Part shown: positions 63,907 to 64,000 of the stretch, piece by piece
Layout: the number at the start of each line of letters is the position of its first letter
Position numbering within the stretch: the first letter of the stretch is position 1
Program-made: the position numbers and the translations under genes
DNA from: Amoebidium appalachense
Taxonomy: Eukaryota; Protista; Ichthyosporea
Length of the DNA stretch: 64,000 bases
Direction: 5' to 3'
Assembly (NCBI GenBank): GCA_963693365.1
Contig: CAVNZM010000011.1
Span: 8,669,937 to 8,733,936 of the forward strand
The notes under the pieces: model-generated
Told to the model about the DNA's origin: nothing
Seen by the model: the letters and a program-made list of their open reading frames with translations, nothing else
Databases searched by the model: none

Positions 63907-64000
63907 ATGAAGTGTGCATGAACCCATGATAATAATTATGCAAGCAGAAACGTCACGAAAGCACAAACCGTCACAAAAATATAATAAAATAAAAAAAAGT

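Overview
Eukaryotic genomic DNA, intron-rich and saturated with (CA)n, (CT)n and poly-C/G runs. An RNF11-like gene suggests a holozoan, possibly unicellular, but this is inference. Almost all ORFs in the supplied track are artefacts of simple repeats. I can reconstruct four spliced host genes by hand: a TSP1/ricin-B-like multidomain protein (+, ~0.45-7.7 kb), an RNF11-like RING-H2 ligase (+, 30200-34632), a putative GPI-anchored surface glycoprotein (-, 37478-39344) and a TSEN54-like subunit (-, 43172-51711). There are two nested transposon clusters. In 10.3-25.1 kb, an old minus-strand LINE is interrupted by a 1.35-kb retroposed SINE-like insert (18-bp TSD). It also abuts a 9.2-kb TA-flanked element with 20-bp TIRs, which contains two near-identical young LINE copies and a complete PIF/Harbinger transposon. 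In 52.2-61.7 kb, an RNase H-encoding 5'-truncated LINE sits in a (TC)n tract and is split by a full-length Ty1/copia element (765-bp LTRs, GCCAC TSD). The most interesting signals are: the SINE-like insert shares a covarying 3' stem-loop tail with the RNase H LINE 47 kb away; a dispersed repeat has a hammerhead-like core; and several splice acceptors follow (CA)n directly with no polypyrimidine tract. All alignments and translations were done by eye, and no database search was run.
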